Counted from the first letter of the whole stretch, positions 25,421-39,476 are shown. The stretch: 63,168 bases of DNA, filler included, from Octopus bimaculoides (GCF_001194135.2; 4 parts of 4 records of this genome joined end to end with filler, not necessarily neighbours in it); one strand, 5' to 3'. Made by a program: numbers and translations. The notes: generated from the sequence alone by a model not told the origin.

Positions 25421-25460
25421 ACACTATTTTAGTATAGCCATTTTCAGTGTTGTATTGCAA

Positions 25461-25580
25461 AGGTGAACTGGACCAACGTGAAATAAAGTGCCTTGCTCAA
25501 GAACACAACACACAGCCTGCTCCTGGATTCTAACTCACTACCTCATGATTGCGAGCTTGACGCTCTATCCACTCAGCTAT
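25461..25580 (-). mobile_element. SINE family A1 head, degenerate
   Basis: CAACGTGAAATAAAGTGCCTTGCTCAAGAACACAAC matches the A1 centre in reverse. Confidence 0.7.
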
Positions 25581-25914
25581 GGAAAGGAGTTACGACGTCA
25601 CTGGTGCCAAGCTTTATTAGCCTTTGCCTTTCCCTTGGATAAGATTTGTGGTGTGGAGAGAGAAGGTTGATATGCATGGGCGACTTGTGCCTCCAAGGGG
25701 AACTTTCTAGGGGCAATCAATCCCATGGGCATTCATGTAGGGGGGGGGAGCCTTGATCCCGTTTACTCTTTATTGCATTTCCTATATTGCAATAAGACTG
25801 CACTGTTTGTTTTGACTGTGAATTCGTGGTAGTTTAATCCTTCCATCTGGCACAACGTGGAGGTTAGCAGGTAGGAATAATATTAATTTTTTTTTTCGAA
25901 TTCACAGCAAATCA

Positions 25915-26070
25915 TGGTATCACAGCAGCCGGAAGACCACGGAAAACGTATACACAAAACTCTGCAGAAGATATTGGATGCTAAATTGTAAACATAAAAA
26001 CACTAATGGAAGATCGGGTGGGATAGAGAGAGGTAGTCAGACTGGCCCTGGCAATCAGCCTGACAGGATG
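25915..26070 (+). mobile_element. RTE-like LINE C-terminal fragment
   Basis: Translation AGRPRKTYTQNSAEDIGC*IVNIKTLMEDRVGW resembles the GRP..T..D....D.....MEDR..W end of RTE ORFs. Confidence 0.55.
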
Positions 26071-26292
26071 ATGCCTCGATGAAAAAAAATAAATAAATAA
26101 TATCAAACTTTTGTTCTTATGCTGACGAAATGCTGGGTATATCGATGATGATTGTCTTAGGTTGTCCGTACTTTGTTGAACGTGACTGTGGCACCGGGAA
26201 CTGTAGAGGTGGTAATACTGGCAGCGGCAGTGATTGTGTTGGTGGTGGTGGTGGTGGTAGTGGTGGTTATGATATAGCTGTCATCGAGGGCT

Positions 26293-26602
26293 GAAGGCGT
26301 GTGACGTAGTTGTTAGGGTAATTGATTCACGACCTTCCGGTCATGAGTTCGATTCCAGGCAGAGCGTTGTGTCCTCGAGCAAAACACTTTGTAACACACT
26401 GATCACATTCCAGTCAGCTGACAAAAATAAGTTGTACCTGTAATTCAAAGAACCAGCCTTGTCACATTCTGTGTCGCTAAATCTCCCAGAGAACTACATT
26501 AAGAGTATGTGTGTCTGTAGAGTGCTCAGCCACTTCCACAAGCAGACTTTTCCGTTCACTGGTTCAACTGGAACCCTTGTCGTCGTAAGCGATGGAGTGC
26601 CA
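26293..26602 (+). mobile_element. SINE family A1, full length
   Basis: Colinear with 6317-6635. Confidence 0.85.
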
Positions 26603-27443
26603 ATTATTGAGGTTGTCCCTAGTACTACTGGTGTCAGCAATGTTTATCGTGATAATAAAGAAATTTAACGTGCTGCGTGTTGTTCGTTGTGGTAGTAGTG
26701 TCTTTGTTGTTGGTGGTGCTGTTGCTGTTGTTGTTGTTGTCAGTGGTGGTGGTGGTGGTGGGGGTTGTGGTGGTGTTTAAAAGGAAACACTACGTACGTG
26801 TCACAGTATATTTCACTTTATTTTCTTTTGCAGTAATCGATAATTTTAAAGTCCTTTATGCAATCCAGACATAAACCATTAACGTGTCAATAAAGGATTG
26901 TATTGGTATGTTGTGATCCCAAACGGAAACTGAAAACTCAAACAAGAACAATTACTATCACCAACATGATTATTAACGACAACAGCAACGAAAACAACAA
27001 CAATCATTACAAAATTAATTATTCCATTTCGCTTATTTTGTCTCTTTGTTTTTTCTTATTTAGTTTTGCTCTTAATTATTTTCGGTATCTTATCGATCCC
27101 ACTGAATTATATACCATCATCTCCCAGGTCACGCAACTCAGTATCACCTGCAGGATATGATTCAGGTATGAATTTGGGGTTAAGAAGTTCTTTATCCAGC
27201 GCAGCTACATAATAAAAAAATTTGATTTTATAGTTTGGCATCGCATAAAGCAATTGGCTTTTACCTATTATAAGCCTTAGCTAGACCGATTGGTTGTCGG
27301 TGGAAACTGGTCGGCGTTATCTGTGCGGAGGCTTGTCGTGGCTGTGTATATGTGTGTTTATCACTGTCTGTGTGAGTGTCTGCGCTTGTGTAGGTATATT
27401 TACTCCTATGTATGCATACAGACATACAAATACTCACACATTC

Positions 27444-27474
<31 letters not shown>

Positions 27475-27515
27475 TGTATTCGTATACATTACATATATAT
27501 ATATATAATGTATGC

Positions 27516-27549
<34 letters not shown>

Positions 27550-27854
27550 NNNNNNNNNNNNNNNNNNNNNNNNNNNNNNNNNNNNNNNNNNNNNNNNNNN
27601 NNNNNNNNNNNNNNNNNNNNNNNNNNNNNNNNNNNNNNNNNNNNNNNNNNNNNNNNNNNNNNNNNNNNNNNNNNNNNNNNNNNNNNNNNNNNNNNNNNNN
27701 NNNNNNNNNNNNNNNNNNNNNNNNNNNNNNNNNNNNNNNNNNNNNNNNATATATATATATATATATATATACATAGATATATACTTCATATACACATACA
27801 ACTATAACTATATGTATGTATGTTTGTATGTATGTTTGCATATATGTTTGTATG

Positions 27855-27885
<31 letters not shown>

Positions 27886-28605
27886 GCGTGCAGTAGGGCT
27901 TCTGGGCAGATGCTGTCTATGTCAACACACAACATAGAACAGAACAAGTTGAGCAATGGTCAAATAAAAGTGTTAGTTACTGAACTTCATGTAGTATGTC
28001 TTTGAAAAGGTGACAGAGGTGTCTCTGAGGTAAGTGTAGGTGATCTGGTACATTAATAATGAAAAATAGCCATTGGTGTAGAGTTTCCTCTAGAGAATCT
28101 ATTCAATGTTATTGGATACTGTTATGTATTCTTGCTGACAAAAGAAAAAAACACACAGAAAGCAAAAACCTACTGAATATTATACGACGTAAAAACATCT
28201 GCTGGATGTTAATCACATAAGCCATAACAGAACTTACTGCGGCATGCCTTCGTTTTGAAAATTGGTGTTGTTGTGTATACTTAGCTGGAAACAACGACGG
28301 TCGGACGATGACAGTAACACTATGTAACTAGATCTTGGAAACATTCGACACACAGATATAGCTGGTGTTAAAGCAAAACTCAATTTAGACAACTTGCTAA
28401 ACATTGGTAACTCGCTTGAAATTTGGTTACGTATGAACAAATAATACACCGTTTTATTTATCAGACAGAATCTGAACAAAACACGGTTTACTGCTTTAAA
28501 TAACACATCCTGCACTCACAAATACTCGGGCACACACAAACACACATCCTGTCTATGTTTTTCGCCATCTAACTTTCTCCATCTTTCAATCTTATGTATG
28601 TGTTG

Positions 28606-28649
<44 letters not shown>

Positions 28650-29698
28650 GAGGATAATATATATATATATATATATNNNNNNNNNNNNNNNNNNNNNNNN
28701 NNNNNNNNNNNNNNNNNNNNNNNNNNNNNNNNNNNNNNNNNNNNNNNNNNNNNNNNNNNNNNNNNNNNNNNNNNNNNNNNNNNNNNNNNNNNNNNNNNNN
28801 NNNNNNNNNNNNNNNNNNNNNNNNNNNNNNNNNNNNNNNNNNNNNNNNNNNNNNNNNNNNNNNNNNNNNNNNNNNNNNNNNNNNNNNNNNNNNNNNNNNN
28901 NNNNNNNNNNNNNNNNNNNNNNNNNNNNNNNNNNNNNNNNNNNNNNNNNNNNNNNNNNNNNNNNNNNNNNNNNNNNNNNNNNNNNNNNNNNNNNNNNNNN
29001 NNNNNNNNNNNNNNNNNNNNNNNNNNNNNNNNNNNNNNNNNNNNNNATATATATATATATATATATATAAAATATATAGTTTTAGGGAAAATAACCAATT
29101 TTCAAGAATATATATGTAGAGAGAAAGAGAGAGATTTTATATATATATATATATATAGTATCCATGCAGTCTTAGTGTTGCCCAGTCAATATTTACAAGA
29201 TTATTGGATTTACTGACACAGAGGAGGAGCATAAAAGAAAAACAGAAGAATATTTTCTTTATCGTTTATTTTTATCTTCGCTTATGCTTTTCATTTTACA
29301 TTTCCTTTGGTTTTTTTTTTTTGTTTTTTGTTTTTTTACATTTGAACAGAATCTCCGATATTATTTGCGGTGTGCACAGGTTATCTTATGAGGAGACTGT
29401 TTGCGCAGGGGTTTCGATTCTTCGTTATATCCATTTTATTTCATTTGAAGCAACAATAACTTTGTGGAAAGAATAGAGGTGACTAAGCGTTCAGTCTCTG
29501 TATCAAAAGAGACTGTCTTCCTCTGCAGTATTACTTAACATTTGTGCAGTTTTATCATTAGAATATTTTAAGTTTTAAATTATGAATTTCAGTTATAGCC
29601 ACACCTTAATAACTATTAAATGAGCAAGCAAATAAATGTGTTACAGACAATTTATTTTAAAAATACATGGGACAATTTTTAAACTTTCTTGGTGTTGT

Positions 29699-30066
29699 TG
29701 GCACTCCGTCGCTTATGACGTCGAGGGTTCCAGTCGATCCGATTAACGGAACAGCCTGCTTGTGAAATTAACGTGCAAGTGGTTGAGCACTCCACAGACA
29801 CATGTACCCTTAATGTAGTTCTCGGAGATATTCAGCGTGACACAGTGTGACAAGGCTGACCCTTTGAATTACAGGCACATCAGAAACAGGAAGTAAGAGT
29901 GAGAGAAATTTGTGGTGAAAGAGTACAGCAAGGTTCGCCACCATCCCCTACCGGAGCCTCAGGTGTTTTCGCTCAATAAACACTCGCAATGCCCGGTCTG
30001 GGAATCGAAACCGTGATCTTATGACCACGAGTCCGCTGCCCTAACCACTGGGCCATTGCGCCTCCA
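29699..30066 (-). mobile_element. SINE family A2, full length
   Basis: Head reads GGCGCAATGGCCCAGTGGTTAGG...GGTTTCGATTCCC on the minus strand; body matches 10229-10560. Confidence 0.85.
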
Positions 30067-30198
30067 CTTTAAACTTTCTTGATACTGCATTTAAATCTTT
30101 CTCTTTGTATATAATGGCCAGTCTGTCGAATCTAATTACTGTTAGTGCCGACTATATAAAATATTTTCGCAAGTCGTGGAAGCACGTAATACTAGCGA

Positions 30199-30750
30199 GT
30201 TGATTGTTAAATAGCTGTGACGAGTTCGAGTCTTTATATGGGTCTAACCTGGAGTGATAGATTGTGTATGTGAGAGACAGACAGACTGACAGAGACAGAA
30301 ACAGCTAGACAGAAAGAAAGAAGGAGAGAGAGGAGAATCGTATGATTATGGAATATGAAACATTATCATGGTATATCATGATATGAATTTAAGTCTCCGA
30401 TTCATATTGTAAGTAAACTATGAATTTTTATACTCAGCGATGTTTGTAATATTTCACAGCCGTTCTTGAATTGTTGATTACTATAATGAATTGATCAGAA
30501 TGCATATACAGGGTGGGGTAGAGCGCACAGACGGTTTTGAAATGGTTATTACTCTGACAAGTTGTTTGTTAAATAGTTGTGACGAGTTTGGACCTTTATA
30601 CGGGTTTAACCGGGAGTGAAAGGCTGTGTGTGTGTGTGTGTGTGAGAGAGAGACAGAGAGAGAGACAGAGAGGGAGAGAGAGACAGACAGACAAAGAGAG
30701 AGACAGAGAGAGAGAGAGACAGACAGAGAGAGAGACAGAGACAGAGACAG

Positions 30751-30784
<34 letters not shown>

Positions 30785-31110
30785 GTGAACAGACAGACAA
30801 ACAGAAACAGACAGAAACAGACGGACAGACAGAAACAGACGGACAGACAGAAACAGGACAGACAGAAACAGACGGACAGACAGAGGAGAGAGGAGAAACA
30901 TGATTATAGAATATGAAGCATTATATAAGAATATCATAATTAGGAGCTTAAGTCTCCTATCCATATTGTAAGGAAACTGAATTTTTATATACTCAGCAAT
31001 GTTTGTAATATTTCACAGCCCTTCTTGAATTGTTCATTACTATAAAGAATTGTTAAAAATACAAAAACAGGATGGGGCAGAGGAGGCGGACGTTTTTGAA
31101 ATGGCTATTA
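30199..31110 (+). repeat. Tandem segmental duplication, two units
   Basis: Units 30199-30550 and 30561-31110 share TTGTTAAATAG.TGTGACGAGTT...ATACTCAGC.ATGTTTGTAATATTTCACAGCC...TTTTGAAATGG.TATTA. Confidence 0.9.
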
Positions 31111-31500
31111 ATCAACCCCAGGAGGAGGGACATATGTTCAACAGGTACCATTCGGCTTGTGGTGTCTTAGAATTTTTTTTCTTTTCACATGAAGCCTTGG
31201 CGTTGTGAATGCTAGAGCATCGCGTGTTTGCCTACGACAGTTACGTGAAGAATAACGAGTCTGTCACAGCAGTTCAGCGTGAGTTTCAGCGCCACTTCAA
31301 CATTCACCGGAATCAGATTGTTCCCACCCGTAACACAATCTTACGTTGGGTGAATGCACATTGCATACGAGGTACACTAATGAATAGGAGACTACAGGGG
31401 GCGCCATGAACGGTACAGACCCCGGAAATATAGTACGCGTCAGACAAACGTTGATACGGAGTTCGAATCGCTCAGCTCTGAGGTATTCTACTGAACTTTC
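31068..31500 (+). mobile_element. 5' fragment of a Tc1/mariner element with DUF4817-type HTH (maT/rosa-like)
   Basis: CAGGATGGGGCAG TIR-like start; LEHRVFAYDSYVKNNESVTAVQREFQRHFNIHRNQIVPTRNTILRWV; catalytic domain absent. Confidence 0.75.
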
Positions 31501-31641
31501 CTCACTAAACTTTGACAAATGCTACTTCAATACAAACACAGTAATATCTACAAAATTTGTTTGTAGTTAAAATTACAGATTTTGTGAATTTCTCAAAAAT
31601 GTCCGTCCTCTCTGTCCCAGCCTATATGCATGTGTGTGTGT

Positions 31642-31687
<46 letters not shown>

Positions 31688-32324
31688 GTGTGCGTGTGTA
31701 TGCCCCAATATTAAACTATTTTCTATAGTCAATATACGGCAAAAGCTTATAAGCTTAAGCTTATAATCATAGGTATGTATGTATGTATGTATGTATGTAT
31801 GTATGCATGTATGTATGTATGTACTACGCAGACATAGATTATCAACGGACATTCATTGCTTTCATATGTGGTACGCAATATAAAATACGACTAGAGCATT
31901 CCATATTTTTGTTATTGAATATTTTCGCACGCCATCGTTGTCCAAACTATTAATGAAGATGAATGTATGTATGATTATGCGTGTATGTTTTGGCATGTGT
32001 GTGTGTGTGTCAGTGTACGTGCGGGCGTGTGAGTATCTATGGGTGTTTCTGTGTGTGTGTACGCAGATTCGAAGAATGTTAATCAGCAGCCCTTCGTATT
32101 TATTCGTATGTAAGAATATGCAGGTATTTGATGATGAAACGTCAGGCTAGAATAGAGGCAGCTGATGAAGGAATATTCCAAGTGGCTTTCCGTTTTCCTA
32201 TGTGTTCGTTCCGTTGTCTGTAGTTCATTGTTCTAACGTCCTGTACCCTGATATGCATATATATACACATGTAGATGTAAGTATGTACATGTATGTGTGT
32301 ATACATGTATATATATTCTTTGTA

Positions 32325-32359
<35 letters not shown>

Positions 32360-32465
32360 TAAAGATAAAAAGAGTCTACATTTTAGGACATGCAAAAATA
32401 AGAAAGGACTATTATTATTTATTTATTCATTGTTCTTTTTTTACTTGTTGTTCTTGCTGTGTTAT

Positions 32466-32522
<57 letters not shown>

Positions 32523-35500
32523 CGATATAATCATCATCATACAAGTTCTCACTACTTCCACCTTCTCGATCACCAACGATATCAAAATCGCTAATATTCT
32601 AATGCTCTTTCAACTTTATTATTGATCACATTGCGAATTTAACCACCGTAATCAGCATCATAGATATCATTAGCACCTCTGTTGCCGTTATCACCATTCC
32701 CATCCTCATCCTCATCACCGTTTCAGCATCCTCATAGTCCTCATCATCATCATTATCGACATGCTAATCGTCACTAGTATCGTAAAGTCTATGGCTACAA
32801 AACCGCAGCTAACGTTTTAATAACTACCTTCGCTGCTGCTAGAGTCATCATCGCCATCATCTTGTCATCATAATAAACATCACAATGATCACGTTCCCCG
32901 TAATAACCATCACAATCATCATGTCTGTTATTATAATTGTCACCGCAACATCAGCAGGAGCATTTACTGCAAGATTATCATTACTAGCATCATTATCATC
33001 TACATTTTCTCTATTATCATCATAATTGGTCGTAACAGTAATGCAACATCCCCATTATCAATGTAACATCCGGGTCCTGTTTAACGGAACCCTATTCAAA
33101 TACTATTCAAATGATAAATCTTCCGTACACAAAATAAATAAATATAGGAATAAAATATTAAAATTAAAGTAATATATAATTGAAGCAAAATGAAATAAAT
33201 AAAATTAATTAAAATCTAGAAATATAATAAAGAAAATCATTTTGATAAAAAAAAATAATGAAATGGAATTATCAAAAAAAAAATAAAGACTCAAATAAAA
33301 AAAATAAAATTCTTCTCCCTCATCTGCATTACCACTACCATCACACTATCACAAAAGAAAAGCAATTAAATAAAACAAATCCCAAATATTAACAACAAAA
33401 TTAAGAAAATAAACACATACAATGAGATCACAAGGATATATTAAAAACAAACAAAACCCACGAAAATATTAAAATGTTGAATTTTGAAACTGATGCCAAG
33501 TTGATTATACAATATTTTAGATTAAAGATGAAATTTTGGCTTCACAATGGCCACCTTTCATTCGTTCTTTTTCCAATATTTTTGTTGTTGCTGTAGTTGT
33601 TATTGTGCAGCGTGTTTTGTATTTTATATGTTTTCTACTTTTGTTAGAATTTTTAAGATAAGGCCTGAAATAATTGCTGACCCTCTGCGAGATATGAACT
33701 CATAAATGTGAGGCGCCGAAAAAACATCTCAAGTGACTTTATCACAATATTACTTTTTTACCATCCTCATTGTAACATGAACTATTGGTATTGTTATTGA
33801 TATACATTTGTACGTGTGTGTGTGTGTGTGTGTGAGAGTGCATGTGCCTGTGTGAGAGAAAGAGCGTGTATGTGTTTGTGTGTGTCGGTGAGTGTGTGTA
33901 GAGAGGGGGAGCGAAAAAGAGATGGATACTTAGATATTTACACGCATATATATATACATATATCGGTGCGAAATTCACATAATAATGTCATACAGGCAGA
34001 CAGACAGACAGGCAAGCAAAACAACAGAGAAAGGAGGTATTGAGTCACGATGGAGTGGTAAGAACATTACCTTAATATATGTAGTGACCGAGTTAGACCT
34101 TTCTTTCCACAGGCCAGCGTAAAGGCGGATTTATCACAGCAGGAAAGAAAGAGAAATAAAACGTAAAGTACAGAAATTGATGCCAAGTACTAGACTACTA
34201 TTTTATTTAGGGATGCCGAACTGATGAGAGACAGACATACTTGACCGTTCCAGTATTTGAACTCAAGGAGCAGAGAGCTAAAACATAACTAGCCCATGGA
34301 ATTTTATTCTATCTGTCCCTTAAACTACTTACTCTCTCACACACACACATACACACGTATATATATATATATNNNNNNNNNNNNNNNNNNNNNNNNNNNN
34401 NNNNNNNNNNNNNNNNNNNNNNNNNNNNNNNNNNNNNNNNNNNNNNNNNNNNNNNNNNNNNNNNNNNNNNNNNNNNNNNNNNNNNNNNNNNNNNNNNNNN
34501 NNNNNNNNNNNNNNNNNNNNNNNNNNNNNNNNNNNNNNNNNNNNNNNNNNNNNNNNNNNNNNNNNNNNNNNNNNNNNNNNATATATATATATATATATAT
34601 ATACATATATACATACTGTAATGTAATATGATATAATATATGATATAATATGCGATAATGATATATTTTATATATGCATGTGTGTGTGCATACAACCATA
34701 GAAATACACATAGACACACACTTTCATACACATGCATACTTGCATACATACATACATACATACATACATACATACATACATACATACATACATACGTACG
34801 TACGTACGTACTTATTTTTGAGAACAGACACAGCAATACTTTTCTGTTCGGAAAGAGAGTAAAAGTCCATGAAACGAACATTAGTATAATACTAGAAATT
34901 ATTTTATTTGAAATAAAATTCATTTGCTCAGCTGATGCTCTGATAACCGTCGTTATTCAACAAGCGATTGCTGATCAAAGACTGCTCTGTCTGGACCCTT
35001 ATCTGGCTTGACAATTCGCCACTTTTCCGAAGTATTTTGTTAATATTTTATCATCCAATTGCTCTTCCTTTCAAAACGATGATATATGATTTCAGGGAGA
35101 ATTGGGAGGATTGATACTCTTTCCTTTACTCACGTCTTCTATAATTCCACAGCTATAATTCTTCTATAATTCCACAGCTCTCCGGCTAATGGTACACGTA
35201 AGTCTTGTGAAATCAATTACAATTCCATATGTAATCTGCAATAATAATTTCAGCAATCGTTATATTTGTGATTTTTGTCCCTGGGGTGATATTTGAGGTA
35301 TGTTCGCACACTTTCAACGTCTTAATACTTTGAGAGATGGAAATATGTATTGAACCGATTTTAAGTTAACTGGAAAGATATAACAGTTGTTATTTCAAGA
35401 TATATTGCCCTGCACACACACACACACACATGCACGGACATATATGTGTGCATGTGTACAAATAGATGGATAGATGGATGGAGCCAAACATAGAAAAAAA

Positions 35501-35999
35501 TTATTCAAATGCTTACGCAAAATATAATACACATGTTCAAACCAACAAATATTCCCATGCAAATATTCCCACACATGCGCTTACATTCAGGAAGATGTTT
35601 TTTTTTTATTTTCGTTATGTGTAAGAATGCATTTAAAGAAAACGTATATAAGACACGAAAACATAAACAAGAAGCAAAACATGTAGAAACAAAAATTATA
35701 TATGGATATATATGTTCCTTGCATTTCAGCAGTATTTAGTTTCGAACGTTTACACTCTGAGTTCAAATTCCACCGAATTTGATTCTTTATCTATTATAGT
35801 TTTAGGGCTGATTAAATAAAGTAATAATCAGGAAGTGATCTTAATCAACTTTACCATCTCAACAAAAATAGAATTTGCGTACTTATGTTACAATCCGTAT
35901 TAGTATTTACTACGAGGTGGTTACGTTGAAACGTTACTGCATCTATTAAACCTTTTATAGGTATCCCAAATACAATCGAATCGGAGTTAGTCAAGCCCA

Positions 36000-36245
36000 G
36001 TGAATTTGTGATAGTGTTAACAATTGCTCATCACATCCCCAGACTCGCTTCTTTTCAGCTGCTTGTTCTGTTTTGATAATGTTATTGGTTTCACAATGGT
36101 CCTGGACGAAGAGGTCTAAGCACGCTGCATATATATTATACATTAAGTTCTGGCATGCAATTGGCCGGTAGTTTTTTGCCATGTGGGTAGTTTTGCATTT
36201 GGGGATCAATTTTGTCTCTGCCAGAACTAACCAGTGTGGTATGTT
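36000..36245 (-). mobile_element. R4/Dong-like LINE reverse transcriptase N-terminal fragment
   Basis: LIPKCKTTHMAKNYRPIACQNLMYNIY...TEQAAEKKRVWGCDEQLL matches RT subdomains 1-2 (NYRPI; EQ.G.K.G..GC.EQLL). Confidence 0.8.
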
Positions 36246-37619
36246 ACTGTATGTATGTATGCATGCATGCATGTATGTCATTATTCAGTTTTATTTCAAG
36301 ATTTCTTGCCAATAGAGAAAGAGTTGCTTTCTAACTTAGATTCAAGTGTCTTTCATTGGAATTTCAACATCAACAACGGGTAATTTTGTATGCATGTATG
36401 CGTACGTGCAGACTTGTATGTTTTGTTTAATGTATGTCTTCTCCTGTTTATACTTCAATATCTAGTCGTGCTCATATATACTTAAAGGATAAACTTCTGG
36501 AAAGTTTTACAGATTTTTTACAGTTCCAGTGATTGCTTGGAGCTGTAGACTTCGAAGCAGCTTCCTCCTTTCTGGTTTTGAGAAGCCTAATTACATATAT
36601 CATACATACGTATACCCTTATATACATACACAAATACAGTTTTACTTAAGAACATATCTAAGTTTAAGTATCGCTGGTCCTCTCGCAAACCATGAATGAT
36701 TCCACAAAGATAAACGTATTTACCATATCTCTTTTCCATTGCCGTCTCACTGCTGTATCATAGACGATAGTCATAGCTCTGAAATCTGTTTGTATACTGT
36801 TGACTCAGTCCCTGTGTGTGTGTTTGTGCGTGTTGTTTGTGTGTGTGTTTTGTGTACAAATATGCTTTTTATACGTTTATGTTATTGTGTATAAATCCTC
36901 TTGTTTCGTTGTATGTGTTAATGCGTATGTAATGCTTCTCTGAGTGTGTCTGTGTGTGTGTGGCTATTTGTGTGTGCGCGTGTGTGTGTTGTGTGCATTT
37001 AAATTATATTAATGCGATCTCGTGCAAGAGAGCCTGTTACAGTGAATATGTATGCGGTTTTGTGTGTGTGTATACGAGTGTGTATATGCGTAAATGTATG
37101 TTTGTGTATCTGTTATTGTTACTGTTGTCATTCTACCAAATGCAGAAATTTTTCTATGGGTTTTAGAGACAACAATTTTGGAATTTTATCATTTCGCATA
37201 TTATCACTGCCATAATCAAATCATATCACCACCATCATCATCATTCTCATCATCATCCTTATTATTATTATTAGTAGTAGTAGTATCGTTATCAGAAATG
37301 TAATAATAATAATTGTCATCATTATTATTATAATTGTTATTATTATTTCTATTATTTCTGTTGTTATTATTAGTAGTAGTAGTATTTTTATTCTGAAAAA
37401 TCCCACAAAAAAAGCAATATTATTATTATGAAAATGTCCCCGTTTATGAATATAAAAAAAATAAACATCGTATTAAACAGAAGCAATTCAATATATTAAA
37501 ATGTTGGAATGAATCAATGAGAGGTGGGTAAAAAAAAAACGTCTCTACTTAATGTGAGATTGTCAATTGAGATAATATTGAAATGGTGTGTCATCCTGGT
37601 TCACTGAAAGGAGAGAGGC

Positions 37620-37654
<35 letters not shown>

Positions 37655-38523
37655 AGGAGAGAAAAAGAAAGAAGGAGAGAGTGAGAGAGAATGGGGAGAG
37701 CGATGTGTGTTTTTGTGTGTCAGGAGTTTCTGCTCCGTGTTTGGTGAAAACTAAAGGAAATACGATCAATTTCCGTCTGAAATGATCACGCAATCTGTGA
37801 CAATAAAAATCTGCAGGACCTTCTTAAAATTTAAAGGGTAAATGTTTGCGCAAATATTTACGAAGAAAACGAGAAATCTTTTCTAAAATATGTATGTGTT
37901 TGTGTGTGTATGTGTGCGTGAGATAAACAAAAACATTAGCTTATAACAATATATAAATATGAATATACATGCCTACATACATAATAAATATTTCCATATG
38001 TGAGTACATACAGAGATACATACGTGAAAATATGTCAAATATTCCAAGCGATTAGCATGTTGAAGTACATATGCATACGTGTAGATATGCAATCTTGTAT
38101 ATGTATACACAAAAATATGTCGATCCACACTGATCCATAGATGTAATGACAATTATTTCTGCAGAGATGTACACGCGTGCACATACACACGTAGGCTTGC
38201 ATGCATAAAAGCATATTGCATTCATTTTATATGCACGTATAGGTGCAGTGCGTAGCAGTGTGATAAGAAGGTTGGCGTCCCAACTACACGGTTCTGGGTT
38301 GAGACCCACTGCGTGGTATCTGGAGCAGATGTTAGTAGACATATATATNNNNNNNNNNNNNNNNNNNNNNNNNNNNNNNNGTTTGGAGGGATATATTATC
38401 CGGGCGGACTCTGTTGTGGTCCATTGTTAAGTTCCAGGTTACGTCTAACCACATCGATCAGTATTTAACGTCTATTACTTCTATTAGTTATAACTGTAAA
38501 TTCCTCAGCTGAGTAATTCCTTT

Positions 38524-38735
38524 TTCTACTCTAGGCACAAGGCCCGACATTTTGGGCGAAGGGGCTAGTCGATTAGATCGACCCCAGTACGCAACTGGTA
38601 TTTAATTTATCGACCCCGAAAGGATGAAAGGCAAAGTCGACCTCGGCAGAAATAGAACTCAAAACGTAAAGTCAGACGAAATACTGCTAAGCATTTCGCC
38701 CGGCGTGCTCACGTTTTTGCCACCACACCGCCTTC
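38524..38735 (-). mobile_element. SINE family E, well preserved
   Basis: TTTATCGACCCCGAAAGGATGAAAGGCAAAGTCGACCTCGGC core in reverse. Confidence 0.9.
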
Positions 38736-38989
38736 TCCGCAAGGTAATTCCGCGTTCGCTTCACTGGATGGTAATATTATCTGGAGTATCTATTAGCAAT
38801 AATTATTACGATATAGAATATGGAAACTTGTTCATCCTCAAACTTCATTTCCTATTATTTTACAATTCTATACAACATAAAACGATATGTTGTATGAAAT
38901 TGTAAAGAGGAATTAAATTTTGAGGATGAACAATTCTCCATCTTCTATATCATTATATATATGCGTGTATGTGTGTGTTAGTATCTGAG

Positions 38990-39190
38990 GATATCTCCCA
39001 TTATCACTAGACAACCAGTGAAACCACTGTTGGAGCTTTTAAGTCCCCACAATTCAACAGTTCGACAGAATAACCGATCACTTCAAAAGAGAAAAAAATG
39101 CTGGTGTCGATTCATTCAACTAAAATCTTTTCAAGGTGGTGCCACCGCATGGCCGCAATCTGATGCCTGAAACAAGTGAAAGATAAAAGT
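38990..39190 (+). mobile_element. Degenerate C module without a visible B head
   Basis: GACAACC...GGTGGTGCCACCGCATGGCCGCAATCTGATGCCTGAAACAAGT tail. Confidence 0.6.
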
Positions 39191-39424
39191 GTAGATGTAT
39201 ATATTTACTTACATGGGTAACCCATTACTGTTCAATACAAGAGTTTTGTATCACAGATAAATATTCGACTTCTTTTTCAATTGGTGAGGAATACAAAAAT
39301 TATAAGTAGGCAGAACTTGATAAACATATCATAAGTTGCACCAATTTCAATTATATCGGGTCTGATATGGTACTAAAACTATAAATTACTTAAAGTTATA
39401 AAACTCAGTTGTTTCTCTGATTAT

Positions 39425-39476
<52 letters not shown>

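Noticed and set aside
29990-30066. tRNA-like sequence
   Set aside because: It is the Pol III head of a SINE and continues into the SINE body; no complete cloverleaf or terminator. The same applies to the other heads.
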